Origin: Candidatus Caldarchaeum sp.
Lineage (GTDB): Archaea > Thermoproteota > Nitrososphaeria_A > Caldarchaeales > Caldarchaeaceae
Length of the DNA: 21,620 bases
Assembly (NCBI GenBank): GCA_038844785.1
Contig: JAWBRA010000026.1
Coordinates: 1 to 21,620, forward strand
Direction: 5' to 3'
In this document: positions 8,949 to 16,720 of the stretch, one piece after another
Layout: each line of letters starts with the position of its first letter
Position numbering within the stretch: position 1 is the first letter of the stretch
Position numbers and translations under genes: made by a program
Notes under the pieces: generated by a model
Told to the model about the DNA's origin: nothing
What the model saw: the letters and a program-made list of their open reading frames with translations, nothing else
Databases searched by the model: none

Positions 8949-9833
8949 ATGACGTTCACAAGAGACGTGCAGTCTGAGGAGGCTCCCTACCCTGTGGAGA
9001 TAGACTGGGTTGCCGTGTCCGATATCCACATTCCTTTAGGCGAGATAGAGTTGAACGGTGTGAGGTTTGCAGCAATCCCGCGCATAAAGGCTGCGGTGAA
9101 CCTTTCAGGAAGTCAGAGGGGCATTCACGCCTCCCGCTCCGTCGAAGCCGTAAAATGGGCTGCTTTGAGAGTTGACGGCTCAACTTTTCACAAGCTAGCC
9201 TCCTTGATAGCTGGAAAGCTTCTGGAAAACCATACCTACTCGACGGAGGCATATGCCTCCGTTAACGCGAGGTTCTTCAACTCTGAGAAAACGCCTGTAA
9301 GCATGCATGTCTCAGTGGAAAGTTTTAACGTCATTCTCAAATCCTATGCTAAACGCTTCGACGGAGCTGTAAGCATCAGAAATTTTATCGGCGTGAAGAC
9401 GACAGGCATCACGGCATGTCCGTGTGCGAAGGAGGTCATCCGTGAAATCTACGCCAAAGCAAACGGCGGAGATGTTAAAACGCCCGGCGTCACCCACATG
9501 CAGAGAAGCTACGCCAGCATCCTAGTGGAGACCGACGGCAGCATAGTTTTCCAAGACCTTCTCGAGGTTTTGCGAAGGTCCTTCAGCAGCAGGACTATGG
9601 AGCTGCTTAAGAGGCCTGACGAGGCTTTTCTGGTCCTTGAAGCTGTTGAAAGTCCTAGGTTTGTGGAAGACGTGGTCAGGTATGCTGCTGAAGAGGTTGT
9701 CAGAAGATTCCCCCAAATCCCTGATGAAAACCATGTAATCATAAGGGTTAAATCCCTAGAAAGCATACATCAGCACAATCTAGAGTCAAGTTTACGTACA
9801 ACTTTCGGCAAGCTAAGGAAGGGCCTTAATTGA
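8949..9833 (+). CDS. mptA: GTP cyclohydrolase MptA (FolE2 family)
   Basis: DVQ, QRGIHASR, GITACPCA, THMQRS, ELLKRPDE, PRFVEDVVR, ESIHQHN. TATA TTTATAT at 8918-8924 favours ATG 8949 over 8829. Confidence 0.9.
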   Translation: MTFTRDVQSEEAPYPVEIDWVAVSDIHIPLGEIELNGVRFAAIPRIKAAVNLSGSQRGIHASRSVEAVKWAALRVDGSTFHKLASLIAGKLLENHTYSTEAYASVNARFFNSEKTPVSMHVSVESFNVILKSYAKRFDGAVSIRNFIGVKTTGITACPCAKEVIREIYAKANGGDVKTPGVTHMQRSYASILVETDGSIVFQDLLEVLRRSFSSRTMELLKRPDEAFLVLEAVESPRFVEDVVRYAAEEVVRRFPQIPDENHVIIRVKSLESIHQHNLESSLRTTFGKLRKGLN

Positions 9834-10618
9834 AGCCGGAGGGGTGGCTAAGTCTTTACGCAGAAATCTGCGAAGAGCTCGGCATAGACAGGTCCAGAGA
9901 CCTTGAAGCTGCACACCTCCTTTCCACCATGATAAGAGATAGACACCTCAACAGAGAACATCTAGCACAGGTCTTCAAAAAACATGGGTGGACTGTGGTT
10001 TTTGGGGCAGGCCCACCACTGGAAGACGACCTCGACGAATTCCTCAAAGAGATAGGCGTTGGCTCTATACCGACGGTTGCCGCGGACGGAGCCTGTAGAG
10101 CGTTCTTGGAGAGAGGTGTGAAGCCTGACGTTGTAGTAACTGATTTGGACGGCGGGGACGAAGCCTTGGTTGAAGCCGCTGGAGAAGGAAGCCTGCTCGT
10201 AGTCCACGCCCACGGCGACAACATGGAGAAGATAAAGAAGCTAATCCCAAAGCTGCCTGCAAAGATTGTTGGAACGACGCAGACAGAGCCCGTGGGCGTT
10301 CTGGAAAACTTCGGAGGCTTTACAGACGGTGACAGAGCCGTCTACATGTGCGAGGAGCTGGGGGTAAAGAACATAATCATAGCGGGCATGGATTTCGACG
10401 GAGATGTAGGAAGATACTCGAAGCCAGCCATGTTGTCCAACGTCGAAATACAGCGTAAGAGGAAAAAGCTGCGTATAGGTAAAAGGCTGCTGACCCATCT
10501 CGCTAAAAACACAACCGCCAATCTATACGATGCTACGGCAGAGTCTGTAGGAATTGACGGTTTTAAAAAGGTTGGATGGGACTTCGTTAAAACACACGTT
10601 AAATACACCGTTGAATGA
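9830..10618 (+). CDS. mptE: 6-hydroxymethyl-7,8-dihydropterin pyrophosphokinase MptE (DUF115)
   Basis: VFGAGP, AADGA, PDVVVTDLDG, VVHAHGDN, GTTQ, NFGGFTDGDRAV, GMDF. TTG start overlaps the mptA stop. Confidence 0.9.
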   Translation: MKPEGWLSLYAEICEELGIDRSRDLEAAHLLSTMIRDRHLNREHLAQVFKKHGWTVVFGAGPPLEDDLDEFLKEIGVGSIPTVAADGACRAFLERGVKPDVVVTDLDGGDEALVEAAGEGSLLVVHAHGDNMEKIKKLIPKLPAKIVGTTQTEPVGVLENFGGFTDGDRAVYMCEELGVKNIIIAGMDFDGDVGRYSKPAMLSNVEIQRKRKKLRIGKRLLTHLAKNTTANLYDATAESVGIDGFKKVGWDFVKTHVKYTVE

Positions 10619-10634
10619 TTGATGGAAGGGCTTA

Positions 10635-11822
10635 ATGTCAGCTTCCGAGGGAAAGCTGCTCGTCCAGAAAATAGAGAGAGGTGTTGTGATAGACCACATA
10701 ACTCCGTGCAAGGGATTTCTTATCTACAGCATCTTCAACCCAGACCCAGACTCTACGGCGGTTGTTGCGAAGAACGTGCCTTCCAGAAAGTATGGAAGGA
10801 AGGACTTGGTGAAGATTGAGGGAGAGTACATCACATCAAGTCTCGTAAACATCATAGCACTCATATCCCCCACCGCAACCATAAACATCATAACAGACTC
10901 TAAAGTCAAGTCAAAGGAAAGGGTGAAACCGCCGGAAGAGATTACCGGCGTTATAGACTGTAGAAACCCCGCCTGCGTCTCGAAAGGACCCAGCAGCAGG
11001 TTCGTCGTCCAGCTGAACCCTGAGCTGGAGCTGTCCAGCCTCCGATGCTATTACTGCGGCTACACATTCTACTACGACGACGCTCTTAAGGAGATTACTC
11101 AGAAAGCCTCCTCGGGAATCCTCGTCTCACGCAGCAGGGTTCAGCGAGAGCTTCTGACGCTGCTAGTCAAGAAAGGCGGGCTCAGGTATCATCAACAGTT
11201 TACGTTGAAGAGCGGGAGAGTTAGCCCATACTTCATAAACGTCGGAGCCCTAAACGACGGCGAGTCTCTTGCAAGGCTACGGTGGATTTTCGCCAGCTAC
11301 ATAGCCATACTTCTTAAGGACGGGTTGATAGAAGACTTTGACCTCGTCTTCGGCCCCGCATACAAGGGGATAAACCTCGCATCGCTCACGTGTGAGGGGT
11401 TGAGGGAGTACTATGGGATAAACAAGAGGTTTCTGTACGATAGGAAGGAGGTGAAGACCTACGGCGATGTTTCGATGGACAGCAGCATAGTAGGCTCGGA
11501 ATATTTTGTCGAAGGCCAGCGCATCCTGATAGTCGATGACACGATAACGACGGGCAGGACGAAGATAACGTCTATCGAAAGGCTTTCGAGCCTAGGCAGG
11601 CACAAAGTAGTCGCGGTTGTTGTGGCGGTGGACAGGCAGGAAACCTCAGGTGAAGAAGATGTGAGTGCCGTGGAATATCTCGAGAGAAGGCTTGGCGTAA
11701 AGGTATACTCCATACTGCCCGCTAAAACGATCTTCGAGATGATTAAGAGAGAGCTCAGCCCGGAGGAGAGACAGCTGTGGATAGACTACTACAACGTGTA
11801 TGGTGCCGTAAAACTCTCTTGA
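10635..11822 (+). CDS. pyrE: Fusion of aspartate carbamoyltransferase regulatory chain (PyrI, ~aa 1-150) and orotate phosphoribosyltransferase (PyrE, ~aa 165-395)
   Basis: PyrI part: VQKIERGVVIDHI, GRKDLVKIE, ALISPTATINII and Zn ligands CRNPAC...CYYC. PyrE part: FTLKSGRVSPYF, FGPAYKGI, RKEVK and PRPP loop ILIVDDTITTG. One uninterrupted frame. Confidence 0.9.
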   Translation: MSASEGKLLVQKIERGVVIDHITPCKGFLIYSIFNPDPDSTAVVAKNVPSRKYGRKDLVKIEGEYITSSLVNIIALISPTATINIITDSKVKSKERVKPPEEITGVIDCRNPACVSKGPSSRFVVQLNPELELSSLRCYYCGYTFYYDDALKEITQKASSGILVSRSRVQRELLTLLVKKGGLRYHQQFTLKSGRVSPYFINVGALNDGESLARLRWIFASYIAILLKDGLIEDFDLVFGPAYKGINLASLTCEGLREYYGINKRFLYDRKEVKTYGDVSMDSSIVGSEYFVEGQRILIVDDTITTGRTKITSIERLSSLGRHKVVAVVVAVDRQETSGEEDVSAVEYLERRLGVKVYSILPAKTIFEMIKRELSPEERQLWIDYYNVYGAVKLS

Positions 11823-11831
11823 CGTAGGAGG

Positions 11832-12620
11832 ATGGGTTTGGAGACCGAGGTTCTCAGAAAGTTTGACGCAGCGGTTGAGGCGAAGCAGTCAATCCTCTGT
11901 TTAGGGCTTGACCCAGACCCTTCAACCTACGTTTCCAGAGAGGATAAACTCGGGTTCTGCTTAAAAATCATAAAGACGGTTGCTGAAAACGTTTCAGCAG
12001 TCAAGGTAAACGAGAACTTCGTCCGCGACCTCTCTGTCGAAGACCATGTACATATAACAAGCCTTGCGAGAGAGAACGGGCTGCTTACGGTTTACGACTG
12101 CAAGATGGGCGATATAGAGAACACCAACAGGGCCGGACTTCAGCTCGTCAAGAGAATGGGCTACGACCTAGTCACCTTCAATCCTGTTCTGGGAAACCTG
12201 CAAGACGCGGTGAGGGATGCCGCAGGCTTCGGCGTCGGCGTTCTAGCCCTCCTCCACCCTTCAAACCCCGCATCACGCAAATACTATAGAGCAGTGCTTG
12301 AAGACGGGAGGCGGCTTTACGAGCTTTTTCTGGAAGACGTCTGCGCCTCAGGGGCTGAGGGAGTGGTTTTAGGGCTGCATCCAGAGCTGGCCCCGGAAGA
12401 GATAGCGTCGATAAGGGCGAGGCTCGGCGAGGAAAAGATAATCCTCTTCCCAGGCTTCGGCGTCCAAGGCGGCGACCCCCGCACAGCGGTCAAGCATGGA
12501 GGCAGACGCATCCTCGTCAACGTGGGAAGAACAATACTCAGCTCACCCAACCCCAAACAAACAGCAGCAGAACTATCAAAACAACTAAACGAACTGCGTA
12601 GAATCTTTCCCGTAGAATAG
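11832..12620 (+). CDS. pyrF: Orotidine 5'-phosphate decarboxylase
   Basis: LCLGLDP, AVKVN, catalytic DCKMGDIENT (DxKxxDI), PGFGVQGG, VNVGRTI; RBS AGGAGG; follows pyrE. Confidence 0.92.
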   Translation: MGLETEVLRKFDAAVEAKQSILCLGLDPDPSTYVSREDKLGFCLKIIKTVAENVSAVKVNENFVRDLSVEDHVHITSLARENGLLTVYDCKMGDIENTNRAGLQLVKRMGYDLVTFNPVLGNLQDAVRDAAGFGVGVLALLHPSNPASRKYYRAVLEDGRRLYELFLEDVCASGAEGVVLGLHPELAPEEIASIRARLGEEKIILFPGFGVQGGDPRTAVKHGGRRILVNVGRTILSSPNPKQTAAELSKQLNELRRIFPVE

Positions 12621-13179
12621 CTTCAACCCGCTGCAGCAACACCGTTTAATAAATCGACAAACCTTAGAAAATTTGTTTCCACGGTTCTCCCTAATTTCAC
12701 TAACATTATGAGGTATGCAAACGGGTTTTCCAGACGGATAGCATCCCAATCATTGTGAAAAACCACTTGCCTCACCGCCTTAACGATTTTGGATGGTTAG
12801 GGGACTTCGTTTGAAGAAGTGAAAAGCTTCTCAGAGAGGACGGCCTAATAAATTCCACAGGGAAGCTTTGACCGTTCTCCGATAACTCAACATCGCCATT
12901 ATTCCGCTTCTTTTTTCTCGGCTTCTTCGTCATCTGTTACGATTGGGTTGTCTGTCTCTGTTGTTGAAGGTTTTACAGCATACGTTGCAGTAAACTTTCC
13001 TTTTTCGTGACGTGGTTGACGACCTGAATGAAGAGCTAAGTTTAAACCTTGCCGAAACATCATTACTTCGCTCTAGTATCATACGCTATAAAGTCCTAAG
13101 GCCCGTATATTGTCACAGGTGTATGTTTAGAGGTGGGCGGGAAATTTTTGAGAAGACGGTTTGTGAACCTCTAGGGAAA

Positions 13180-13981
13180 ATGAGAGGCCCATACCTATCA
13201 AGGTAGCTGAGAATAAAACTATACGAAAAGGTTAGGATGCTGAGGAGACAGGGACTATCATACAGCGGAATAATAGGCGATGTGAAGAAGAAGTACGGAG
13301 TTATACCGTGGAAATCCCATATAAGCTACTGGGTTTGAGGACTTCACAGCTCATACAACGGCATATACATACCGTCGATAGAGTTTCTGAAACCTTCGGA
13401 AGAGCTTGCATACGTCATAGGAGTTGTTGCTGGAGACGGATACGTACTGCGGAGACAGCGGCCTCGAAAACCCTATCGCGAGATATTCATGGGATTGATG
13501 GTGAAGGACAGGGGGTTTGCCGAGGAGTTCTCCAGATGTCTTGCCACTTTGTTGAAGAGAAACCCGTCCACACCCATATGGTCAAAAGGACTGTTCGTCG
13601 TTCAACTAAGGTGTAGAACGCTCAACAAACTGATGGAGAAGCCTTTAGAATTGGAGAAAATCAGAAGATTCACAGAACATTGTAAACAATGTAAATCGGC
13701 TTTTCTACGAGGCTTCTTCGACAGCGAAGGAAGCATATCCGCCTACAACACCGGCCTGAGACTGATTGAATACGTCAAACAACTTATGGATTCTCTGGGA
13801 ATAGCGACAACAGGCCCACACATCAACAAAAAGCAGGGAACAACAGTCAGAAACCAGGAAACGGAAAAACATACAAGACCAAGAAGGACACATATAAGTT
13901 AAATGTTCGCGCCGACTCTCGGCTAACGTTCTACAGACACATCAGGCTCACAACAAAAAGAAAACAACAACGACTGGAGGA
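13180..13981 (+). pseudogene. Free-standing HTH + double-motif LAGLIDADG endonuclease pseudogene
   Basis: From ATG 13180 there are in-frame stops at 13204-13206 and 13336-13338; HTH-like GLSYSGII...KSHISYWV; motif 1 LAYVIGVVAGDG; motif 2 FLRGFFDSEGS; a frameshift near 13860 before YKLNVRADSRLTFYRHIRLTTKRKQQRLED. Confidence 0.85.
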
Positions 13982-14022
13982 CTGCTGGCTGGCCTCCAGC
14001 CAAACACCCCCTCATTTTCCTT
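13982..14022 (+). repeat. ~41-bp repeat, copy 1 (inverted copy at 20820-20861)
   Basis: CTGCTGGCTGGCCTCCAGCCAAACACCCCCTCATTTTCCTT versus the reverse complement of 20820-20861, CTGCTGGCGGCCTCCAGCCAACTCTCCCCTCATTTTTTCCTT. Confidence 0.75.
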
Positions 14023-14128
14023 CATTCAGTTTCTGTTGGTAAACATGAACCTTTTACAGGAAGGTTTTTGTTTGCCGCAGGTTTATATGTCTTATGAGTT
14101 TACATGTGATTGGTGGAGTAGGTTTTCA

Positions 14129-14181
14129 GCCACCACCAAGCCCTCTCCAGCCTCATGAAATCCTAGTGGTTTGGCGGATAT
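14129..14181 (-). repeat. Conserved structured 3' trailer of tRNA-Gln, copy 1
   Basis: 53 bp highly similar to 20575-20627; folds on the minus strand with G-U pairs. Confidence 0.7.
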
Positions 14182-14254
14182 TAGCCCCGGCCGGATTTGA
14201 ACCGGCGTCTCAGGGTCCAAAGCCCTGCATCCTTGGCCGCTAGACGACGGGGCT
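14182..14254 (-). tRNA. tRNA-Gln (anticodon TTG)
   Basis: AGCCCCGTCGTCTAGCGGCCAAGGATGCAGGGCTTTGGACCCTGAGACGCCGGTTCAAATCCGGCCGGGGCTA forms a cloverleaf; anticodon loop CT-TTG-GA; no intron, CCA not encoded; TATA at 14281-14288. Confidence 0.96.
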
Positions 14255-14354
14255 GTCTAATGTGTTGATTTTTACGCGGTTTATTTATGTTTAGTTCCAG
14301 CTTTTTTATGGGTTTCTACTGGTGATGTGGTCGCCATCCAAACTATCCGATGTT

Positions 14355-14663
14355 TTACGATGTTGGGTCCTGCCTGGTTTTTGACGGGGTCGTTGGAGGG
14401 GAGAAGGTTACCTGGTCTACGCTGTGGACCGCTGCGCCGAGCTGTTTTACGGCGTTGACAACACCTTCGTAGGCTATTCCATTTCCCTCCACCGTCAGCT
14501 TGACTGTCTCAGTGTCGGCGTCAACCTCCATGATGGATATGTCGACCCTTGTAACCCCCTTCAACCCCGTCAGGGCTTGGGCGAACTCCACTATGTCAGG
14601 TTTATGGGGTTTCAAAACATCTAGGACAAGCCGGGAGAGGACCAAGTCGTGTTTGTCGGGCAT
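14355..14663 (-). CDS. DUF211 family protein
   Basis: RLVLDVLKPHKP, EVDADTETVKLTVEG and LGAAVHSVDQV are DUF211 signatures. Start is ATG 14663 or TTG 14684. Confidence 0.88.
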   Translation of the reverse strand: MPDKHDLVLSRLVLDVLKPHKPDIVEFAQALTGLKGVTRVDISIMEVDADTETVKLTVEGNGIAYEGVVNAVKQLGAAVHSVDQVTFSPPTTPSKTRQDPTS

Positions 14664-14766
14664 CCGTTTATTCGACACCGTCAATGATTAGTTGATGTTG
14701 GTTTATTAGGTTTGATGGGTTTAAAACCTGTAAGGTTTAAATAGGGAAACCCCCGCAGCCGGGGCT

Positions 14767-15933
14767 TCAGCCAGCACGCGGCGCAGCTGGAACAGCCGCC
14801 TTCACCCTAGCTTCCTCACGCGTGGGGAAAACTGGGAGGAACTTGGTGGCCAGCGTGAAAGCCAGCATGCCCACGGCGAGAATCATGAAGGTGATGGCGA
14901 ACTCAGCCCATGTGGGGAAGTATACGACGCCCTCTGGACCAATCCAGGCTGTTGTTACGGTGTTGACGCGGTTTGCGACAACCCCGCCTATGATGAAGAG
15001 GGAGGCGATGAACAGGCTTGAAGCAGACTCCCTGACCCGTGGAACAGCCAGCAGTATCATCGGCAGTATGAAGCCCAGCCCAACCTCCCCCCAGAAAAAC
15101 AAGGCCCTAACGCCGTCAAGCATATACGCTGAAGCACCCCCGTAAGCGATGTCAGAAAAACGCATCACGAGATACACAAACAGAATAGCTGGCGCGGCCT
15201 TCGCCAGGGATTTCAGAAGCCCATGCTCTAGGCCTCTTTTGGTAGCCTTCGCGCTGAGCGTCGACTCGAAGATTATCATAGCGGGCGCGACCGCTACGGC
15301 AGATGTGAAGAAAAGAACAGGGAGAAGCGGAGAATACCATAGCGGATGAACGTGCTCGGGGGATATTGTGTAAAGCGCTCCAAGGGATGATTGATGCAGC
15401 GTTGACAATATGATTCCAGCTATCACCACAGGAATTGTTATTTTACGCAAGATGTTGAGAACCGAGCTCCATCCAAGCCTTTCGAAAAAGGCTGGGGAAA
15501 ACTCTATGGTAAGCACTATGGTGTATAGGAAAACACACCAGTAAACTTCGAACAGAACTGAACGCGGCTGCCAGAAAGGCGGGTAGAGGGGATGCCACCA
15601 TCTCTCGGGCTGCGCTATGTCGAATATGAGACCTAAGACAACCATCAGGTAGCCGAGGAAGCCTGTGAGAATCGTTGGCCTGATTATAGGCTTAAACCTT
15701 TCAACCCTGAGAAGATAGACGACTAAAGCCAGCGTGAACGCACCTGAAGCCAGAGCAACGCCGCTGAGCACGTCGAAGCCTGTCCACAACCCCCATGGAT
15801 AGTAGTCGCTTAACGCCGTAACCTTGAAGCCGACGGTTAGCCTCAAGTATGCTGCATAAGCCCCTACAACTATGACGGCGAGCAACGCCGTAACCCATGC
15901 GGCAAACGGCTTAGACGTCTTCAAGCTCTGCAT
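14767..15933 (-). CDS. NrfD/HybB-type integral membrane subunit of the formate dehydrogenase complex
   Basis: LSDYYPWGLWTGFDVLSGVALASG, DIAQPER, SVLFEV, LSTLHQSSLG, HPLWYSP, YFPTWAE. Confidence 0.9.
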   Translation of the reverse strand: MQSLKTSKPFAAWVTALLAVIVVGAYAAYLRLTVGFKVTALSDYYPWGLWTGFDVLSGVALASGAFTLALVVYLLRVERFKPIIRPTILTGFLGYLMVVLGLIFDIAQPERWWHPLYPPFWQPRSVLFEVYWCVFLYTIVLTIEFSPAFFERLGWSSVLNILRKITIPVVIAGIILSTLHQSSLGALYTISPEHVHPLWYSPLLPVLFFTSAVAVAPAMIIFESTLSAKATKRGLEHGLLKSLAKAAPAILFVYLVMRFSDIAYGGASAYMLDGVRALFFWGEVGLGFILPMILLAVPRVRESASSLFIASLFIIGGVVANRVNTVTTAWIGPEGVVYFPTWAEFAITFMILAVGMLAFTLATKFLPVFPTREEARVKAAVPAAPRAG

Positions 15934-16719
15934 TCATTTACCACCTCCCTTCTCCTTCAAAGCCTGTATCTTCTCACGTCTTTCCGAGTAGAACCACAAC
16001 GCAACCAAGCCAGCTGCCAGCGCAGGCACGACGAACGGGATTTTCTCGAGAGAGGCGGCGGTGAGCTTGGGGTATGGCTGTTCCGAGACCTTCGGGAAGC
16101 CAAGCTTCTCGAACGGCACGTCGGATATGTAGAGGACGGATGTGCCGCCCGCCTCCTTTTCACCGTAAATGTGGTTTACGTAACCTCCCTGAGCTATCCT
16201 TTTTCTCGCCTCCTTCAACAACTCTTCACGTTCTCCGAACATTATCGCGCCAGTTGGACATGCGCTGGCGCAGGCGGGCTTCATCCCCTCCCTGATCCTC
16301 TCGACGCACATCACACATTTCTGGATGTAGGGACGGCTCCTATCCCACTGGAGCTTAGGCACGCCGAACGGGCATGCAATCATACAGTATCGGCAGCCTA
16401 CACAACGTGTGTAGTCATAGTCCACGGGCCCTTCCTCGGTTTTATGGAGCGCACCAACGAAGCAGGCTGAAGCACAGGCGGGGTCTAGGCAGTGCATACA
16501 CTGTTCTTTGACGAAACGCCACTTGAAATCGCCGTTTTCTCCGTCAAGCTCGACGAACCTCACACGGCTCCAAGTGTAGGCTGTCATGGTTGGAGGATTG
16601 GTCCAACTGGGGCTTAGAGACGTTTTCTCGCCGGGCAGGCCATACCATCTCTTGCAGGCTACCTGACAAGACCTGCAGCCAATGCATCTCTTAATGTCTA
16701 TCAACAAAGCTTTCGTCAT
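15934..16719 (-). CDS. Formate dehydrogenase iron-sulfur subunit (FdnH/HybA-like)
   Basis: CIGCRSCQVAC, CMHCLDPACASAC, CVGCRYCMIACP, CVMC...PACASACP, IYGEKEAGGTSVLY and a C-terminal TM helix. Confidence 0.92.
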   Translation of the reverse strand: MTKALLIDIKRCIGCRSCQVACKRWYGLPGEKTSLSPSWTNPPTMTAYTWSRVRFVELDGENGDFKWRFVKEQCMHCLDPACASACFVGALHKTEEGPVDYDYTRCVGCRYCMIACPFGVPKLQWDRSRPYIQKCVMCVERIREGMKPACASACPTGAIMFGEREELLKEARKRIAQGGYVNHIYGEKEAGGTSVLYISDVPFEKLGFPKVSEQPYPKLTAASLEKIPFVVPALAAGLVALWFYSERREKIQALKEKGGGK

Positions 16720-16720
16720 T

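Noticed and set aside
8899-8978. Second C/D box sRNA (ATGATGA at 8899)
   Set aside because: No D'/C' boxes at the right spacing; the nearest CTGA is ~70 nt away inside mptA.
13012-13902. ORFs 13012-13206, 13308-13616 and 13489-13902 as separate genes
   Set aside because: They are pieces or alternate frames of the LAGLIDADG pseudogene.
14720-14764. Near-palindrome TTAAAACCT-GTA-AGGTTTAAA and hairpin CCCCG-CAGC-CGGGG after the fdh operon
   Set aside because: Short and compatible with an ordinary terminator/promoter; too weak to call.
15403-15410. Additional TGACAATA match to the hairpin's 5' arm
   Set aside because: Only 8 bp, inside a CDS, lacks the CCCG right half; expected by chance.
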